The position numbers were made by a program, and so were the translations under genes. This document shows positions 35,714 to 51,962 of a DNA stretch of 59,512 bases, piece by piece. Source of the stretch: Cercozoa sp. M6MM (Eukaryota; Protista; Endomyxa: Ascetosporea); the NCBI GenBank assembly GCA_040357565.1, contig JBDODJ010000069.1. One strand, given 5' to 3'. Position 1 is the first letter of the stretch. Each line of letters begins with the position of its first letter. The notes beneath the pieces are model-generated. The model did no database searches. It was not told the origin of the DNA and saw nothing but the letters and a program-made list of their open reading frames with translations.

Positions 35714-36993
35714 TCATAGATAGGCTAGTTCATCGTCGTCCTCGCTGTCGGTGTCGTCGCTCATGGCGACACGCGCGCCGCGACCGCCGCGACGCGGTTT
35801 GCCGACGCCGCTGCACGAGGAGCAGCTGCAGATTCCAAGGCAGCGCGGGCACTCCCAGTGTCTACAATCAATCAATCACGCGACTTACACTAGAGACACC
35901 AGCAAGCAGACAAGGCAGAGTGTACGCTGTTTGCGGCACAGCAAGTTGCGGGTATTTGCGTCGAAAGCACGCCAGACAGAAACGCATGAAGCACTTCTTG
36001 CGACCGCAGTAGAGGAACTGAACACGCAGCCAATACACACACACACACACGCGCGCGCGCAAGGCAGGTACCTGAGAGGGAAGTTGCGAGTTCTTGCATT
36101 GGTGGCACGACTCGCCACGTCGTGTCTTTTGGTTCACCACGGTGGGATCTGCACAAAGGGCGTGACCGTGTGTACTGGGGGGGGGCTAGAGTACGGCAGC
36201 TGTGCAACTCGCGCGGAATGTCCGTGAAGGTGCCTGCAATAGTAGGGTGTATAACACCTATTAAGCCGTAAGTTTGAGTCAACGTACTGTATCGAAAGCC
36301 GCCGCTCTTGTGCCTCACAGGCGGGTGTTCGCATCGACCTTGCAGGATATCGGCCTAAGAAAGTATTTGTGTGAAATCGAGCATTGACACACACAGACAC
36401 ACACAGACCACACACAGACACACAGGTGATTTGAAAAAAATAATACAACGGTGGGAGTGCCAACACTGACTGGTGTCGCCATTCGATGTCCTACACGACA
36501 TCAACCGTGGATAATCGGGATACTGAGTAGGGGGGGTAATGTACTTGAGTTGACAGGGGCTGTGACTGTGACTGTTGGGCTCTTGCGCACCGGCAAGGCG
36601 GCACACGTGCTACTGCTGCTGCTGCTGCTGCTGCTGTGCCGGTACGACTGCAGCGGAATCTTGTCGTCTCCCTGCATGGAACATTCACATTCTGATGCTA
36701 GCTACCCCCCTCAGACAGTCAGTTAATACATACGGTGACAGGTGTCGGTGTGGACGTCGATTCAACTGGTGGGTAAAGGAGATGGCTGAAGACGTCTTCA
36801 TGTGACATCGACGACGACGTTACTCGCACGCTATTACATCAAAAAAGGCACATGTGCACTGTGAGACGCACGCCTGGTGTGCCTGCGTGCGTGGGTACCT
36901 GAGTTCATTCTCATCAAAAGCGCAGAGATCGTCGTATTGCGACGAGTAGTCGTGGCTGCAGTATGCACATTGAGGAAACTGCGCAGTCCGTTG

Positions 36994-37075
<82 letters not shown>

Positions 37076-37260
37076 TGTGAGTGAGGATACATGTCTCTGT
37101 TGAGACTGCGCCTTGACGTGAAAGGCGAGTAGCGAAATCTGCACATCATAGGTGTATCTGCCTGTCGTCAAGTCAAGTCAAGTGCAGCGTACTCATGTGG
37201 AGACTTCTTCTTCTTTTTCTTTGAATCGCTTGAAGTTGGCGCATCATACTCTGGCTGCAC
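35714..37260 (-). CDS. zf-4CXXC_R1 (CDCA7/R1-type zinc finger) protein; start uncertain
   Basis: GESCHQCKN...YCGRKKCFMRFCLACFRRKYP...HWECPRCLGICSCSSC, then RGG and acidic tail ...DDDELAYL*. Confidence 0.8.
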
Positions 37261-37716
37261 TCAATCGAAACGACATAGAATCATTCATTCTCAGCAAAAA
37301 CGGAAATCGGCCAGCAGCTCCAGCCAAAAACGTAACAGAACGAAATCAATCAATCTAAATGGTCATTGGTGCATCAAACATGGCGAAAAATTATGCATGA
37401 ACAAGCATGAACAAGCACTACCCAAAGCGATTGCGTGAGGCGAGCCGTGTATCTTCTGGCATGGCCAGCACTGACCGCAGCCATCAAAGAGCTGCAGTCA
37501 CCCCGAGTTCACACCACTGACTGCTTCACTCAGCGACAGCAGCCCTGAGTTCAACTAGCCTACGTAAAATCACGTCGAAGCAACCCACAATGGTCATATG
37601 GCCTGCCCACTCAGATCCTTTTAAAAAAATAAAAAAGCGCATCAGGCGCTCCAAAAAAGTGCTGTCGTACAGGTGTTTTAGAGGAACGTATGCGCACTTA
37701 GACACGGTCCAATATT

Positions 37717-40266
<2,550 letters not shown>

Positions 40267-40589
40267 TGCGACTGTGCTCAGGCACTGAATGGTTGTGAAA
40301 AAAACGAAAATAAAAGATGAATGAACTCGACACCGAACGAACTTGATCGACCGGAAGCGCTCGGAAACTGACTTTGGTTCCGTTCGCTCGCTGGTCCCCA
40401 ACGTGACTGCTTGATACGACGCGGTCGTATCTTACCGGTACGGTATCATCTCATTCAGCGCAATTTAAGAGAGTACTTAAGTTACCCCAACAGTTCGGTT
40501 GGGCAGCAAACTGAAGGACTGAACGGAAGGTGGGCGGCGGGAACCGGGGAAAGTCACCCGTCAGATATTAACGTAATTGAGTTGCAGTA

Positions 40590-40790
40590 TACAAAAGAAA
40601 GGCCTTTTTTGGAAAGGCAGTGGACGGGTAGAACTGAAGTGAGCAAAGTTACCCTGGTTAAAGTCTATAAGATTCTGGGTTGCCGCGCGGATACGGTAGT
40701 TCATGCTGCAACAGCTTCAAAACTCAAACTACGCTAGTTACTGACATGTGTCTAAGATTTGTCCGACGAAGGGGGCTCAACAGACTGGCC
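40590..40790 (+). mobile_element. Intronless coding relic resembling a Ty3/gypsy integrase C-terminus, with a purine run
   Basis: RQWTGRTEVSKVTLVKVYKI...VVHA...KLK resembles the W.GP..V..V...VY.I...VH...LK (GPY/F) module. Followed by gaaggggg. Similar to 23195-23467. Confidence 0.35.
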
Positions 40791-40801
40791 ATGGAATGCG
40801 G

Positions 40802-41343
40802 TCACTGCTCGGTCTTGCACTCCTCCTTACCATCGACGTAGTAGCGTGCTACTGACAGGTGAACCTGGATAACACAAGAAATATACGGTGATCAAGCACA
40901 AACCACTGGTGGGCAAACTACGTACGTATACCTCATCGTTCGGCGAGAGACCAATGTTTTGGAGAGTGGTTTCCGCCACGAACTGTGTCTCCGGTATCCT
41001 CTGTAAACAGTATAGAAATTTTCGGAGCATGGTTCAGTAGGAAGGACTGACTCCTACCTTATCAGTAAAGGAGAGCAGCAAGTCGTCAGTTGAGACTTTC
41101 ATGTCACACTCACGGAATAGCGCGCGCGCAATCTGAAGCTTTAGGCGCGAGATGCTGTCCATGAACCCTACTTCGACCTCTGCCTCCCCAAAAAACTCAC
41201 GTTATCTCAGACAAAAACACCGCACGCGCTGCACAAGGCACAATATCTATACCAAGCTTCCGGTCAAAGTCGCTCAAGTGTACACGCAGAGGAAAGTGCA
41301 TGGTGCTGGCTCGGTACAACGGCGGCGGCGGGAGATCGTCCAT
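40802..41343 (-). CDS. Small ubiquitin-like (beta-grasp) protein, 4 exons
   Basis: Spliced MDDLPPPPLYRASTMHFPLRVHLSDFDRKLEVEVGFMDSISRLKLQIARALFRECDMKVSTDDLLLSFTDKRIPETQFVAETTLQNIGLSPNDEVHLSVARYYVDGKEECKTEQ*. Hydrophobic pattern fits a Ubl fold. Confidence 0.6.
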
Positions 41344-41916
41344 TTTAATAAAGAAGGAAGCTACAAACACACACCAAATCGGAAGGAAAAACTCGGGCTC
41401 CAGTCAATATTGGCGCAAAATAAAACGAGTAAACAAGCCAAGAAAAATGGCACGAACATAGAAACGAACCGGAATTCGCAATAAGCACTGTCACACAGTG
41501 ATCAGAACACTCTTTTGCACGATCAAAGCAGTGTCCTCAAAACTGTCGACGCCCAGAAATTTTTCGGAAACGTTCCCGAGTCTTGACGACGTAGTTTCCA
41601 CTAGTTTTGCTGGTACCAAAGCTACCTTGTGATAGATGTCTAGGCAACAAAGTGAGCTGTGCCACCTCGATGACAGAAATACACCTGGGAGGCTATCCAG
41701 AAAAGCGCCCACTTAATTTCAGTACAGTAGTAACGATCACTTTCAGAATCAAGTGTCACTGTGTCCTGTGCCGTGCAGAGACACGAAGATGCCCTGTGCA
41801 GAGGATGAAGTAAGTTGAGCTGTGTCTGCGTCTGGTCTGACATTTTTTTTGTGCACTCCGGGCGATTTGCCACCCGCTGTCCGGTGGTCGCACGTGTGTG
41901 CAACTCATAAAATTCA

Positions 41917-42353
41917 ATGGGTGTATTCTGGGCCGCTATCCAGTGTCAAATAGTGTCCCTTTTATTGCTTGATCAATGGTGCTCAAAATTATTCGTTTAC
42001 GTTTGCGTTCGTTTGTGTGCCAGGAACGATTTCCCGGCGAGGCCATGGTACGTTTCTGCGGACTCTTGTGGGTGGGTGTTCTTGTAATACATGCGCGTGT
42101 GTCGAACAGGGCTTGCCGGATTTCGGCGAGGTCAGCGTGAGTAGCGAGCTGCGCGCGCTGGGAGCGCCGTCGCAGCTGCCGGTGCCGTCGCCGATGAAGG
42201 CGCGCCGCCGGCGACTGAGTTTCATGCGTCGTACTGCCTCAGTTTGTCCTGCTGTTTGACATTCCCTTCCATCTATGCAGGGAAAGACGACAAGCGCAGA
42301 GGCAGCGTGATTGCCGGTCGGGCCGGTGGTATACCGATCGCTCCTGCCTGTGT

Positions 42354-42408
<55 letters not shown>

Positions 42409-44647
42409 GCTTTTGGAATACCCTTTGGTCAGACCGAACGCCATCGCAGCCATCAACGCGCCGACCCTCGCTGGGTACCACCGTGTGTACACGTATCAGT
42501 TGTATGGAGTGTGCCATGTGCATGTGCCATGTGTTGATGTTCCCCGACTGCCGCAGTGGACGGTGCCTTGCCTCCACAGACGCCGCTGCAGCGCAAGCCT
42601 TCCTTCTACCGCAAGGTGTGTTCCTTGTGTCTGTGTCTGTGGCCACCTTTGTATGCGCACACATGTGCATGTCCTCAGGTGAAGGCGATGCGGTCAGCGT
42701 GCAAGGAGCGACTCACACGCAAGCCTGCACAACCGTACTGGAATACCCCATGTGCTTTTACACCCCCACCCGTGTACTGTGTGTCATGTGTCAACTGGTC
42801 CAGTGTGCGACGACGCAACACAATTTCTTCACCTGCGCAAGCCGAAGCTGTATGCTCTATCGTTGACATGTTTACCCCCTTTACCCTTCTCCCATTTAGG
42901 TGCGCACGGTGGTGGCGTCAGTGCGTCGCTCGCAGCGTCGCAGTCGCTCCGTCGTGGACTCGCCGGTATGCATACCCCGATATATATATATATATATACG
43001 TATGTATAATATGTACTTATGCATGGATACGTATGCATGTATACTTATCTTTATAGACGTATGTATGTATGTATGTTTGTATATCTATGTGTATATATAT
43101 GTATATGTATGTCCGTATGTGTATGTATTTATGTATGTATGTATGTATTGTATGTGTATGTGTGTGTGTATGAGGCAGGCCAATTCAAGGTACGCACTGC
43201 CACCGGCGCCCGACATGTCGCTGCTGCAGCCGCAATTCGACGATGATGGTAGTCTTTACCCCCTACTCCCTTCCCCTACCCCATTTCTCCCTCTACCCCT
43301 CCCCCCGTGAACAGAGGAGTCAGTGGCGGGTGAGACGGTGGCGTACACCAATGTGACGACGGCCAACAACACTGTCAACAACACGTTTAGTCAGAACGAG
43401 ACCGGAGACCTCGCTCTCGGTCTAGGCGTCGCTGTCGATGAGGACGCGCTGGGTGACGACTTGTTCGGCCATCTGCAGCAGCAGCAGCAGCTGTCGGAGG
43501 AACCCGAACAAGACAAGGAGAACCTCAAGGACTCGGGTACACTGTCTTACCTTCTAACCCCCATTTACCTTCTCCCCCTTCCACCCCTGCGTGCGCAGGA
43601 CGTCGCTCATTGCGTCGCTTGTCGGCTCGTTTCGCCAGGTAGTCTTTTTTTTTGAAAGGTTAAGGCTGCGTCTGTACATGTTTAAGTCTGCGGTGTGACA
43701 GACGTCTGTCGTCGACGTTCCGTGGCAAAAAGAAGGACAAGGGCGACAAAGACAATGTGGCTTCTTTGCCCCGACCCTTTCTTGACCCCTTTACCCCCCC
43801 CCCCCCCCGTAGGCCGCTGCGAGCGCAGGCGCATTCGACCCGCAGTTCGATTTGTTGCCGTCACCGTCGTCGACTCAGCCGGATTCCAACAAGGTCGGTT
43901 TGTACCCAGGCAGTGGTCCGTTTGTACAGACAGACAGACAGGTCGGTATAAATTTACAGGAGTCACTGGACGCGGTGCTGGAGAGCGCCTTCAACAGCAC
44001 GGCACTCAGCGGCGGCGACGGCGGCAGCAACGCTGACGACGCTTTCGGCGACTTTGGCGGCGACTTTGGCGACGCCGCTGCGCAGCAAGGTTTTTATCCC
44101 TACCCCCCCCCCCGTCCCCCATTGTACCCGTTGTACCCCTCCCTGCAGGCCTGGAATTCAGCGACGCCGACTTTGGTTTCTCAGTGCCAGAGGTGCCAGA
44201 CTTTGACCCGCCCGAGGTCGAGACTGTACCTTTATTCTTTGGTACTAGTCCAGCTGGATGTGACATGTACTGCGTTTGTGTCTGTTGTTAAGGGTGCCAC
44301 CGAGAAGACGCCGTCACTGCGTCGTCGTTTGTCGATGAAACTGCGTCGTCGTTCCTCTGTCGATGTAGCCCTCCTTTATCCCTTCCCTTTACCCCCCCCC
44401 CCGTTTTACCCCTTGTACCCCCATTGGACTCACTTGCAGAGATCGAAGCTGATGAGTGCAATTCGCGGCACTGGTGATGCTCTACGACGTTCCGCTCGAC
44501 GTATTGAAACTTTCACCCGCTTTTCCGCTTTTACCCCCCCCCCCCCCCCCCCCTGGTACAGGTGCATCAAACGCGTTCCAACACAAGGCCGCGCTGCGCA
44601 GACTCTACCCAGGTACGCTCTGTTGTCAAGTGTGTGTGTGTATGTGT

Positions 44648-44688
<41 letters not shown>

Positions 44689-45630
44689 CTCGCAGAACGA
44701 CTCAGTCGTGGCCGAACTGGACGCCATGGCGAGGTACCTCTTTGTCTTGCTGGCTACAGTAGACAGTACTTGGACTGGACTGAATTGTGCATCTGGACTG
44801 TACCTGGGGCTGTGTAGTTCGCGGTCGCTGGAGGCGTTCGACATCATGGCGGCGCGTCTCGTGCAGGAGCGCAAAAAGCAGCGGCCGCCTCCGCCACTGC
44901 CGGACAGTCTGCAGGACCTCATGTACCCCCTCCATCTGTCCCTGCCCTGTCCTGGTTCAAAGAAATAGGTACATATAAACCGGTGGATTTATGTAGTGGC
45001 AATCCCGAGCACGCGGCCACACTGGCCATGTTCATCGAGTTCATGGACAAGGTGCAATACTGCGGCGAGCTCTGGCGCTTCTACACTGTACCCTTTCCCT
45101 TTGCCACCCTCTGTTGCCCCCAATGACCCTTGGCTTTACGCCGCATGTGTGCTTGAGCAGGCAGTAATATCGTACGAGCAGTTGGACGACGATGAGGAAC
45201 AGCGCCAGGTATTGTTTATGTCCATGTTTGTACAGTTTTTACGTACTCTGTTGCTACCTGCCTTGGTGTGTGTGCACAGCAAGAGGCACGCCGCATGTTC
45301 GACCTGTACATTTCGACCTCGGGCGAGGACCAGGTCAACATCGACGCTGCCATGTTGCAACGCATCGAGGTGCTTTCTTGTCCCAGATTGACCCTGTGCA
45401 CTGTGTACAGTGAGCTCGCTTGATTCATGCAGGAGCGAGTGGAAGCAGCGCCACTCAACCTATTCGATGAGGCCAAGGCTGAGGTAGCCCCCCCCCCCCC
45501 GACACACCCTTCGCTACGTGTATGTGCGTGCTTGCAGGTGTTCAAACTCATCTTGGAGAATCCCTACCAAGGCTTCTTCAAGAGCAAGCACTATCGCATC
45601 TTTGTGCTGCGCTACCAGTACGTGCTGTAG
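41917..45630 (+). CDS. RGS-domain protein with a long low-complexity N-terminus
   Basis: C-terminal MFIEFMDK..CGELWRFYTAVISYEQL...EARRMFDLYISTSGEDQVNID...NLFDEAKAEVFKLILENPYQGFFKSKHY is a typical RGS box. Confidence 0.85.
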
Positions 45631-45799
45631 TCAGGCATGGTCATTCAGGTTCATTCCCGGTTGAGTCACAATGGCGTCGGCCTGTCTAGCACCTGACTGT
45701 CGATATCGATCGCAGGGCGTCCGATCCAGATATATTGATTAAAATCAGCTAAGCGAAACGAAAACGCTACTGAATCAACGCACGCAAAATGCAAGAGGC

Positions 45800-48700
45800 T
45801 CAGTTGCACTTGCTGGGAGCGTACTTGCACAGGTACAGGTCCGTCACTTCGCCGTATCTGAACAGAATGCAGCACATAAGTCCTCCATGAGAGCGGGCGA
45901 AGAGGCACACAATAGGGCAGAAAGGCAGCAGGGTACGTGTCACGCCACTCGATGTTGCCAGCAATCTCCTCACGCGCTTGCTCCACCGCCGTGGTCTGTC
46001 AAGACAGGAGCACGGTACAACGGTACCCAACTAGCTCCCAGTCAGAGGCAAAAAGATACGGCAGTGCCAGCGTCGCGATCGACGAAGAAAGCTTCGAAGT
46101 CAGCCAAAAGTTCACGCGTATCGAAGGTGCCACAAACAGCACGAATGATGCGAGCCTGTATCTCGACACAAATACAACACCGACGTCAGAAAGAACAATA
46201 GAAGGAGTCTACCAGCGTAAAGGATCCGCGGCAGAAACGGTCGCACAGTTCGTCCCTGTGCACAAGTACATAGCAGGTAAGTGGAGGGGAAAGCGAGTGA
46301 AAGTAACATGGTACCAGTTGTTCTGCATGAACTCCCAAGCAACGAGCTCGCCACGAACACCGCGGTTCATCGGCGCGGTGCTGCATTCCCAACGTTTCAA
46401 AAGACTTTGTGTGCTGTTTAAAACTAATCAAAAAGCACACCTCATGATCGTCACGATATCGGTGGAACGAGCGCCACTCGAACGACTGTGAGACGTTCAC
46501 GGTACATTAAAATTAAAAAACACAGCCATGCGAACAGTAAACTGGAGTACTCGATGGCGGTCTCCATCGTCGACAGCAGCCAGTCTACCAGCAAAGGAGA
46601 AGTATAAAACTATGCCCGCGCAACACAGACAAACTAGAGCCATACCAGCATGCACGGTAAAGCAGAGCGCGCGCATGATCTGACCGCGAACCGCGGCGTC
46701 TTGACTGTTCAGCCACTGCACGTGGACACAGATTGTAAGAGCGAAAGCACACAGACGCTATTTAATAGATAGAATGACTGTACCTCTTGAGTCAGGAAGT
46801 CGAACAACTCGCGGTCGGCCGAAACAACAGCGGCCACAACCGAAGCTACACAGAGAACGATACCTCAAACATGTGGGATATCATCTGAAAGGGTCAGCAG
46901 TCGATTGATACCCTCACGGATATCGGCTTCAATCTCTGTGACCTGCCGGTTCGCGGCCTCGAAACTGTGGTCAGCAGCAGATGCAATACCCGCAAAAAGG
47001 GAAGGACAAAAAGGAGTACATGGCACTGCCTTCCTGGACGGCCTCCGGAAGGGCGGCACGGACCGATTTGAGCTGCACCATCGCACGCATCATGCGCTCG
47101 GTCTGGGTGCTACCGGCCTCTGTTCAAACAAAGAAAACATCAGCAACAGCAACAGTAACAAGTAAGAACAAAGAAAAACTGACTGCTCCAGCCGAGGCGG
47201 TCGGAGGCGTCACGCAGAATATCGTGCTGGAGCTGCTTGTAGGCGTTCACCTTGGTGACCTTCATCTCGATCTGTGTGCATCAGCATCATCAGTTTCACC
47301 AGATCAAGCGAGAAAAATGTGAGTGAACGGGTACCCCCTGCAGAGCCGGAATGACGGAGTCCCAGACAGTCAAGAAATCACCATTCTCGGTGGAAGCCTG
47401 TAAATGGGCAATGTCCGCGGACCTCGTGTGAAGAGTACGAATATATGAATACCGCAGAAGTGTCCAGCAGCGTGTCTAGCAGCAGCATCGGCGAGGCCAC
47501 GTAGCTGTCGAACGAGGCCGACAAAGCAAAAGCCAGCAGGTTGCCAATATGCGACGCGGCGTCGACATCCGACAACTTGCCTGAATAAAAATAGATTGAA
47601 TCACTCAAAAAGTTATGTAAAAAATGTAACATTAAACAAAACAAAGGCGATACCGTTGCGCAGCAAAGCACGCACCGACAGCCACTGCTCGGCGGCGTAG
47701 TTGACACGGAAATATCCCTTGGCGCCCGTGTTAAGCACAGGTTCGGTCAGGGCGACATCGGCAACGGCCATACCGGTTGGCGTCTCTTCTATATACCGTG
47801 GAGACAGCGCAATCCAATCGGACGCCGAGTATGAATGGAGAAGCAGCAGTACCAAGCTGGGCAAAGTACACATTCTCACCGTCCTGGATGCGCAGCGGCA
47901 CGTGCCACAGGCCCTTGCTCTGACCCGAGGCGACATAGCGCTGCTGACGAGTGACGAAAGTCTTGTCACTGACAGGCACAAGGGTCACGGCCGGGAAACC
48001 AGGCTCGTAGCACCAGTTGTGCAGCAGAGTCGCCATATCGTTGGCATCACTACTCCAGTAAGAACAAACGATGAATAACGAAAGACAACAATAAAAAATG
48101 TTGAAGACTACCCGAGAACTTCCTGGAAGGCAGCAATCAAATCTTCCGTTGTTGTGGCAGCGAACTGATGTCTATGCGACACACACACAAAGCGATCAAT
48201 TTCTGTCCCATGTTAAACAGACAAAGAGGCACCTCTTCAGGTAAATTCGCAGAGCGTCACGGAAGGCGTTCTCGTGACCATTGGCTGTGCAGAAAGGCAG
48301 CAGTGACATGAAGAGAAGAAAGTAAGCGTATGTGCAGATCCTACGCAGGTGCTGGAACCACATGGACAGCATGTCGAGCACCGAGGCGCCCTTTTCGTAA
48401 CGCACCGAATCGAACTGCGCCGCAACGTCATCCTGGCGCGACAGAGCTGCACGCAAGAGTGATATATACATATATATATATATAGATATATATATATATA
48501 TATATATAGATATATATATATATATATAAAGGGAAGTACTACAGTCGAGCGGAACACGGAGCGCAGGCGAGGCAGCGAGCGCTGCAGAAACAAAGTGACG
48601 TTGATTCAAGGATAGCACAAGTACAGACAGGTACAGTCAATATCGAAGGCAGTCGACTGCGTGCGGGTAACCTTGCGACGCGACATGCCGAACTCTGGGT

Positions 48701-50645
48701 GGGACGCATCCACGCCCATCTACACAGACAAAGACAGTCAAGTGTACCACAGACAAGACACGTACAGAGAGTATAGGCAATGTACGTCCTCAAAGTAACG
48801 CGCGAAGGACTCCTTGAGCCACAGGTCGTTCCAATAGACCGGAGTCACCAGGTTGCCGAACCACTGGTGCACGAGCTCATGGGCAACCACTCTAGCGACG
48901 TTGAGCAACTCGGAGGCAGCTGCACAAGGGCACAGTAGGTCAGTCAATGATACTGCAACAACAGGTAGAGGAGACACATAAGGTACACGAAGTGCCCTCG
49001 TCCGCTAGCAGAGCAGTCTCCGAGAAAGTCATCAGACCGTAGTTCTCCATGGCACTGTACCAAACCAATCGATACATAGTTGTCCAAATGTAAGAATAGA
49101 GAGTAGCACCCGGCAGCAAAGTCAGGAATGGGAACTGCACATCCGTCGGTATGAGAAAAGCACACAAACCAAGGAAGTGTTCGGGTACCAAGGTCCAACT
49201 TCGGCAGCATGTCGGCGTAGTCAAAGTCGTAGTACTCGCTGTAGAACTCGATCTGCTTGGCGGCAGCCTTGAGTGCGTACTTGGCACTGTCCAAGAAAGA
49301 GAATACAAGGTAGGGGTGAGTCGGACTAAAGGTAAAGCGTACCGGCGGGCCTCGCCACGTCGGTGGAACACCCGAACATCCGTGGAACCCGCCTTGGTGC
49401 TGATGTAGTCAAAGTCGCACACAATGAAGGCGATCAGGTAGGTCGACATGGGAGGAGTCGTCTCAAAACGACGCACGTCTGAGGTAACAGAACAGGTCAG
49501 CAAGAGGGGGAAATGGATGCAGTCGAGAGGAGGCACCGTCTTCGAAAGCCTGGGTTGGCATGTTGGACAGCACCGTCGGCCAGCGCGTTGCGTCCGGCGT
49601 CTTTACACTGATACTGAATTTGGCCTTCATGTCCGGTTGGTCCATGCACGGGAAGGCCTGCCCATACCACAAGGTCATAGATAGCACAGGGTCATATAAT
49701 AAGGCAGGTCCTGTGATAACACAGGGTCATATGATCACGTAGAGATACATACCTTGCGGGCAGCAGACGGCTCAAACTGCGTCGTGGCCAGGAGGCGCGT
49801 TTCGCCATTGTCCTTGTACCTAAGAATCCAGAGGGACAAAAGTAAGGGGACAGAGGTAGAGGGAGGAAGCTAAAGTGCCAAGGACATACGAGGACAGGTA
49901 GAAGCCCTCGAGGGCATCGTCGCGCAGAACACCGGCGAACTGCACCGTCAGCTTGCACTGCGTATGCTCAAGCTTCGACTTGGAGAACACGAGCGCAATG
50001 GCCTGCAACTCCTTGTTCGTCTTGACATCGCGCATCGAGTACTTTGAGCCCTCGCCTGAAGAAGCAAGAGGTAAAAATAACAAGAACGAAATGACCCCAC
50101 GCAAATTGTAAACTTTACACTCAAGGGTCGAATCTTGGATCGTCAGATCGATCGAATTGAGTGCAATCGCGCGGAAAGGAGTGCTGCACATGCAGAGCAT
50201 ACATGTCAACTTGGGATACAAGGGCACAGAACACACGCACCTAATATCGAGGTCGATGGCAACTGTGCCCTGAAAACGACCTTGCTCCAGGTCGGGCTCC
50301 ATGTACAGATCTGCTTGTGAGTTATATTTGTTACACACAGGTCAAAGTCACGTGATGAAGCATCATACCGTAGTGAAACGGCAAGAAGGTTTCCGGCAGG
50401 AGGAGGCCGACACCAAGCTCCTCAAAGTAGTCGGTCGTGTCGCCTTGGGTGCCCAGGAGGATACCCAGGAGTGCCCCAAGACCGATAATCGTCACTGCAA
50501 GAACCGCAGCAGGCGCACGCCATTGCTACAAAAGACCAGAAAATGACGCAACAAGTGACCAGACGTTAAAACCTGCGACGCGCACATTGCGCACAAAAGC
50601 CAGTACCTGGGCGCGCGCTTGCGAAGACACTAATGGTTCGTCCAT
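45800..50645 (-). CDS. M1 family zinc aminopeptidase (APN/ERAP-like), type II membrane-anchored
   Basis: N-terminal anchor [20 protein letters not shown]; [16 protein letters not shown]; [14 protein letters not shown]; GAMENYGL; [22 protein letters not shown] (HExxH-18-E); YEKGASVL; GYFRVNY. Confidence 0.95.
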
Positions 50646-50963
50646 AACCGCACTAGCACAGTTATGCACCTGTACAAGCACTCGGACTCCAACAATACTA
50701 CTTTTGCCGTCGGAGTGGTTTCAATCAGCACTCAACGCCAGACCAGCGATCGCTTCTTCTGTCTTGGCTGTTGTGACTACGACGACCCAAGAAGATGGGT
50801 CAGTTCTCTTGGATGGCTGCGAACATCGTACCGTTGCTCGCCCGGCCGGGACAGTGAACCACAACTTAATCGAACACCGTGACATGCCAAACGAACGGGA
50901 AAAAACAGAGACTGAGGGAAACTGAAGAGAAGAGAAGTGAGGTAGCTTGCAATTCAAGTTGAA

Positions 50964-51816
50964 TTAGATGGCGTCGAAGGCAGTGGGCGTCAACGGGACC
51001 ATGACCATGTAGTTGAAGATGATCTCCCAGAACATGCAGGCGACACCGACCGTGATACCGAGCTTGGCACACACGCTGGCCAGGTCGTTGTTGCGCGACG
51101 TCGTGAAGAGGAATCGGTACCAGTCCGTGTCGGACTTGCACGTCATCTCGTCGTTCTTCATCGAGCGACGCGTGCGCTCCACGAGCACCGACTGGTTCGA
51201 CTTCTGTTTCCAGCAACACACACCGTACAACAAAACAACGCAGAGTACAACGGCAACAAGCTTTCGCACCTTGAAGTAGTCCTCGCCCGTGCGCTTGAGC
51301 GAGTAGCGGCCGCTGCCCTTCCAGACCGACGGCAGCTTGCTGTCCACTGACACAATCTGCTCAGCGCTGAACTTCGGTCGCGTGCTCGGCTACAGACACA
51401 TAGCATTAAATCAGGACTTGGCAGAGGCCACATATTTCGTGTGGTTCAATACAAAGAAGCAGCAAGGCGCACCAGCTTTGGCTTGGCCGGCTCGCAGGCT
51501 TTGATGAGCTTGGCGGCGCGCTCCGAGCAGTACTTCGGCGGGTTAGCGAACGACGTTGCCTGCAGAAACAGCCAAGGTCACTCGTAACCCTCACGAAAAC
51601 GCACGAAAAATTCGTCAATGAGAGATCCGCTGACCTCCATCGGCATCGGCGACTTGTAAAAATGACCGCCAGCAAAGCGACGGCCCATACCTGCACACAG
51701 ACGCCAGTGTACATCCAGCACAAAACGAGGCCCATGCACTGTTTTATGGTGTGCGTTTTAGCACAAACAAGCAGAAAAATCGCAGAGAAAATCCTACGAG
51801 CGGCGCGCTGAATCAT
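50964..51816 (-). CDS. Hypothetical protein with a C-terminal TM segment
   Basis: Exons joinable in frame; last exon ...LGITVGVACMFWEIIFNYMVMVPLTPTAFDAI*. Arg-rich N-terminus MIQRAARR. Confidence 0.55.
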
Positions 51817-51962
51817 GTTTAACACTGGTTGGGTGTGTATGCACAACACTGAGACCGTGTGGTAGATCGGGCGTGCTAGAGAACGGCATTTTTCTGCAGT
51901 GGCTACTGCCCAACCCAACAGGCTGATCAAATAGTCCGCTTTTAGAGCAGCCTCGCACTAAA

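Noticed and set aside
42868-42895. TTACCC/TTTACCC as interstitial telomeric repeats
   Set aside because: Not tandem arrays, and orientation follows the host gene; treated as an intron motif instead.
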